Assembly: GCA_965249275.1 (NCBI GenBank)
Contig: CBDFLQ010000007.1
Span: 928,001-992,000, forward strand
Length of the DNA stretch: 64,000 nucleotides
DNA from: Dehalococcoidia bacterium
GTDB taxonomy: Bacteria; Chloroflexota; Dehalococcoidia; Plut-88900
Direction: 5' to 3'
The notes below the pieces were generated by a model, which worked only from the letters and a program-made list of their open reading frames with translations, had not been told where the DNA came from and searched no databases. Every line of letters begins with the position of its first letter. Positions within the stretch are counted from its first letter, which is position 1. Position numbers and translations under genes: made by a program. Positions 61,407 through 64,000 of this stretch are shown here, piece by piece.

Positions 61407-62693
61407 ATGAAGGACGCATCAAAACAATCATCTCTAAAAGGTGTGCGGGTCCTGGACCTGACCCGGGGCTGGGCAGGCCCAATCGGGGGCCGTTTCCTGG
61501 CAGACTTCGGGGCTGAGGTAATCAAGATCGAGGCTCCGACGGGTCGGGGGCTGGCCAACGTGGACCCTCCCCAACCCTTGAAATACATGCGGGTAGTTCA
61601 TGCCCCTTATCCCAACAATGACCCCGGCGATGAACCTTACAATCGCTATGCGCCCTTCAACGAATACCACCGCAACAAACTGAGCCTGACCCTGGACCTG
61701 ACCGCGGAGGAGTGCAAGGAGATATTTCGCAACCTGGTTCTCATCTCTGACGTGGTCCTGGAGAACTACAGCGCGAGGGTAATGAGGAACTTCGGATTTG
61801 ACTATCCCTCCCTCAAGAAACTGAACCCGTCCATAATCATGGTCTCAATGCCGGGTTTCGGGACGTATGGGCCCCAGGGGCACTTCGTGAGCTACGGAAG
61901 CGATATAGAACCGAACGCAGGGATCACACACCTGATGGGGTACGCGGGCTCGGGGCCCATGCGGCATGGCGAGGCGTACGCCGATCCGAGCGCCGGCGTA
62001 CACGCGGCTTCGGCCATGGTAACCGCGCTCTTTCACCGGAGGCGCACAGGCAAAGGGCAATATGTAGACCTCTCTCAAAGCGAATCCATGATAGGGCTGA
62101 TAGGCGAGCACTTAATGGCCTACAGCATGAACCGGGAGGAGCCGGAGAGGATGGGAAACAGGCATCCCGTTTTTGCTCCAAACGGGTGCTACAGGTGCAG
62201 GGGAGACGACAAGTGGGTGGCAATCTCGGTGGCGAACGACGAGGAATGGACGTTATTTTGCGAAGTCCTAGGCAGTCCCGAGTGGATGCGAAACGAGAAG
62301 TTTGCGGACCAGGAAGGGCGTCGGGAAAACTGGGAGGAGCTGGATGCCAACATCTCCCGGTGGACAGCCGACAAGGACTATAAAGAAGTGATGCATTCCC
62401 TTCAGTCGAGGGGGATAGCTGCTGGAGCGGTGTTTACGAACCAGGACGTGGCGGAAGACCCTCATCTGAAGGAGCGGGGCTACATATGGGACGTACCCCA
62501 CGCCAAGGCAGGAACCATGCAATTCCTAGGGGCGCCAATCCTGCTATCCAGGACACCAATGGTGCTGCACAGGCCTGCACCCACGCTGGGCGAGCACAAC
62601 GAGTATGTGGTTACGGACCTGCTGGGCATGGAGGCGGCACATGCAGACCTGCTGGAGGAAGCGGGGTTGATGGTCACAAGGCCGCCGGTCTAG
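61407..62693 (+). CDS. Class III CoA-transferase (CaiB/BaiF)
   Basis: WAGP, GAEVIKIE, RNKLSLTLDL, YADP catalytic Asp, APTLGEHN. Confidence 0.92.
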   Translation: MKDASKQSSLKGVRVLDLTRGWAGPIGGRFLADFGAEVIKIEAPTGRGLANVDPPQPLKYMRVVHAPYPNNDPGDEPYNRYAPFNEYHRNKLSLTLDLTAEECKEIFRNLVLISDVVLENYSARVMRNFGFDYPSLKKLNPSIIMVSMPGFGTYGPQGHFVSYGSDIEPNAGITHLMGYAGSGPMRHGEAYADPSAGVHAASAMVTALFHRRRTGKGQYVDLSQSESMIGLIGEHLMAYSMNREEPERMGNRHPVFAPNGCYRCRGDDKWVAISVANDEEWTLFCEVLGSPEWMRNEKFADQEGRRENWEELDANISRWTADKDYKEVMHSLQSRGIAAGAVFTNQDVAEDPHLKERGYIWDVPHAKAGTMQFLGAPILLSRTPMVLHRPAPTLGEHNEYVVTDLLGMEAAHADLLEEAGLMVTRPPV

Positions 62694-62913
62694 TAACCCC
62701 GCGCCAAAAGGGTGAAGCCTCCACGGGTGTGGGAACGACAACCCGTTGCAGCGCATGAGTATCGGGGTTGGGGGAGTGAGGGTGGTCTCGGACCAGCGTG
62801 GGGTTAAGGGTCGGGGAAGGTCAGCATGAGACAGGCACGTTTGGAAGGTGGGGCATTCTCGCCAAGCACCGATTAGAAACTAATTTCGAGGCTCCCCAAA
62901 GGAGAAGGAACAG

Positions 62914-63990
62914 ATGGCTGTCGAAGTATCCATATCCCCTGACAAGTGGTCGTTAGAGCGCCAGTGTGATTTTATCTCGAGGCTGTACTGGCTTTGGGTC
63001 GGGGGGATGACGGTAGTTACGCTCTTTAAGCATGGGGAAGAGGCGGTTGTGAAGTGGCGTTTTACCATGCTAAACAGGCACTCGCAGGGCCACTTCATCG
63101 ACGGGCTGAAGAAGCTGGGAATCGACCCAGACAAGGAACCTGCAGCGGTAGTTGCAGCGAAATACCACTATTTCTCCAACGGTCTGGGAGGCATCGATCT
63201 GGAGATGGTAGTGGAGTCACCCAAGAAGGCGTGGATCCGGTATAACGGACCCTATGTGCCGGATGGGACAGGGTGGCTTGCCAATCCGCCAAGCGTGGGT
63301 CGGGCGCCCTTCGAAGGCTGGCATCCTTACAACGGAGTCCGGCTTAACAAACCCCGCCTGGGCTTCGTTCTGTGCAGGGGTTTCGCGGACGGTGAGCCCT
63401 ACGCCGAAGGCTACTTCCTGGAGTACGACCATGACCTCTCGAAGGAGGAGCGCTTCAGGTTCGACCCTTCTGAAACCATGCCGCCGTTTGACCCCGCGAC
63501 TGCACCGAAGCTCGATCCCAAGGTCTGGCCCCCTGACCGGATTGCCAAGTCCAAGCGCAATTTCGGGCGGGGATACGTGGAGGTGAGCATATTGTCCCTC
63601 GTCGAAGTTCTGGACGCCCCCACGGTTGTCGGGATTGTAGAGAAATCATATCGGGGGATTGCTATCCAGTACGGCAGACGGTTGCTAGATGAGCTGGGTG
63701 TCAAGGGCTCCGATGCCGGTGCACTGGCCACCTTCATGAAACATCTCACAGACATGGCGGGGGACGAGTCGGAGCTTACGTCTCCCTCTCCGCAGAAGCA
63801 CATCTTACGGACAACCCGCAGGCGTCTCTTCGAGGTAGACAAGGCATCCGTAGAGATACACAGGGCGATGTTCGGGTTCGTGGAGATGATGGCGAAGATC
63901 GTGGGTCGGGGGATACGAGTCTCTCTAACGGCGCTGAAGGAAGAGGGCTCACCCTATGACGAGGTGGTGTTCGAGGATGTCGGGGGCTAG
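62914..63990 (+). CDS. Conserved hypothetical protein
   Basis: Strong AGGAGAAGGA RBS; F..GLKKLG...AV.AAKYHY.SN..GG...ES.KKAWIRY pattern. Confidence 0.8.
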   Translation: MAVEVSISPDKWSLERQCDFISRLYWLWVGGMTVVTLFKHGEEAVVKWRFTMLNRHSQGHFIDGLKKLGIDPDKEPAAVVAAKYHYFSNGLGGIDLEMVVESPKKAWIRYNGPYVPDGTGWLANPPSVGRAPFEGWHPYNGVRLNKPRLGFVLCRGFADGEPYAEGYFLEYDHDLSKEERFRFDPSETMPPFDPATAPKLDPKVWPPDRIAKSKRNFGRGYVEVSILSLVEVLDAPTVVGIVEKSYRGIAIQYGRRLLDELGVKGSDAGALATFMKHLTDMAGDESELTSPSPQKHILRTTRRRLFEVDKASVEIHRAMFGFVEMMAKIVGRGIRVSLTALKEEGSPYDEVVFEDVGG

Positions 63991-64000
63991 GGATCAAGGG

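Overview
High-GC bacterial chromosome segment. The gene content points to Chloroflexota, most likely Dehalococcoidia/SAR202-like (inference): F420 LLM/PPOX enzymes, several amidohydrolases and class III CoA-transferases, and cadherin/Calx-beta surface proteins. Core genes are glmU, corC-like, typA, gltX, rluD-like, lspA, ltaE, rarA and selA, plus four tRNAs (Ser-CGA, Arg-CCG, Gln-CTG, Glu-CTC). Accessory DNA is interleaved in five places. (1) The end of a decayed integrative element at tRNA-Ser, with a P4-like integrase, AlpA and a TrbL/ImmA deletion chimera. (2) A ~23 kb variable region between the convergent tRNA-Arg and tRNA-Gln. It holds an istB relic, typA plus a Zn-ribbon DEAD helicase, a decayed Rieske/GPP34-P450/MMPL cluster, an intact IS5, a mycobacterial-type lprG-P55 operon, a 2260-aa repetitive adhesin and hicAB. 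(3) A 2.5 kb cytidylyltransferase/LicD islet inserted into the 5' end of lspA, flanked by a 140-bp duplication. (4) A 1.5 kb cluster of several REP-like palindrome families. (5) A tRNA-Glu islet encoding two tandem paralogous Pro-rich micro-peptides convergent on a 3-TM protein. The best candidates for undescribed systems are the peptide/3-TM islet, the lspA-targeted islet, and a ~250-bp unit with a LexA-box promoter that occurs twice. All family assignments come from motif recognition by eye; no searches were run.
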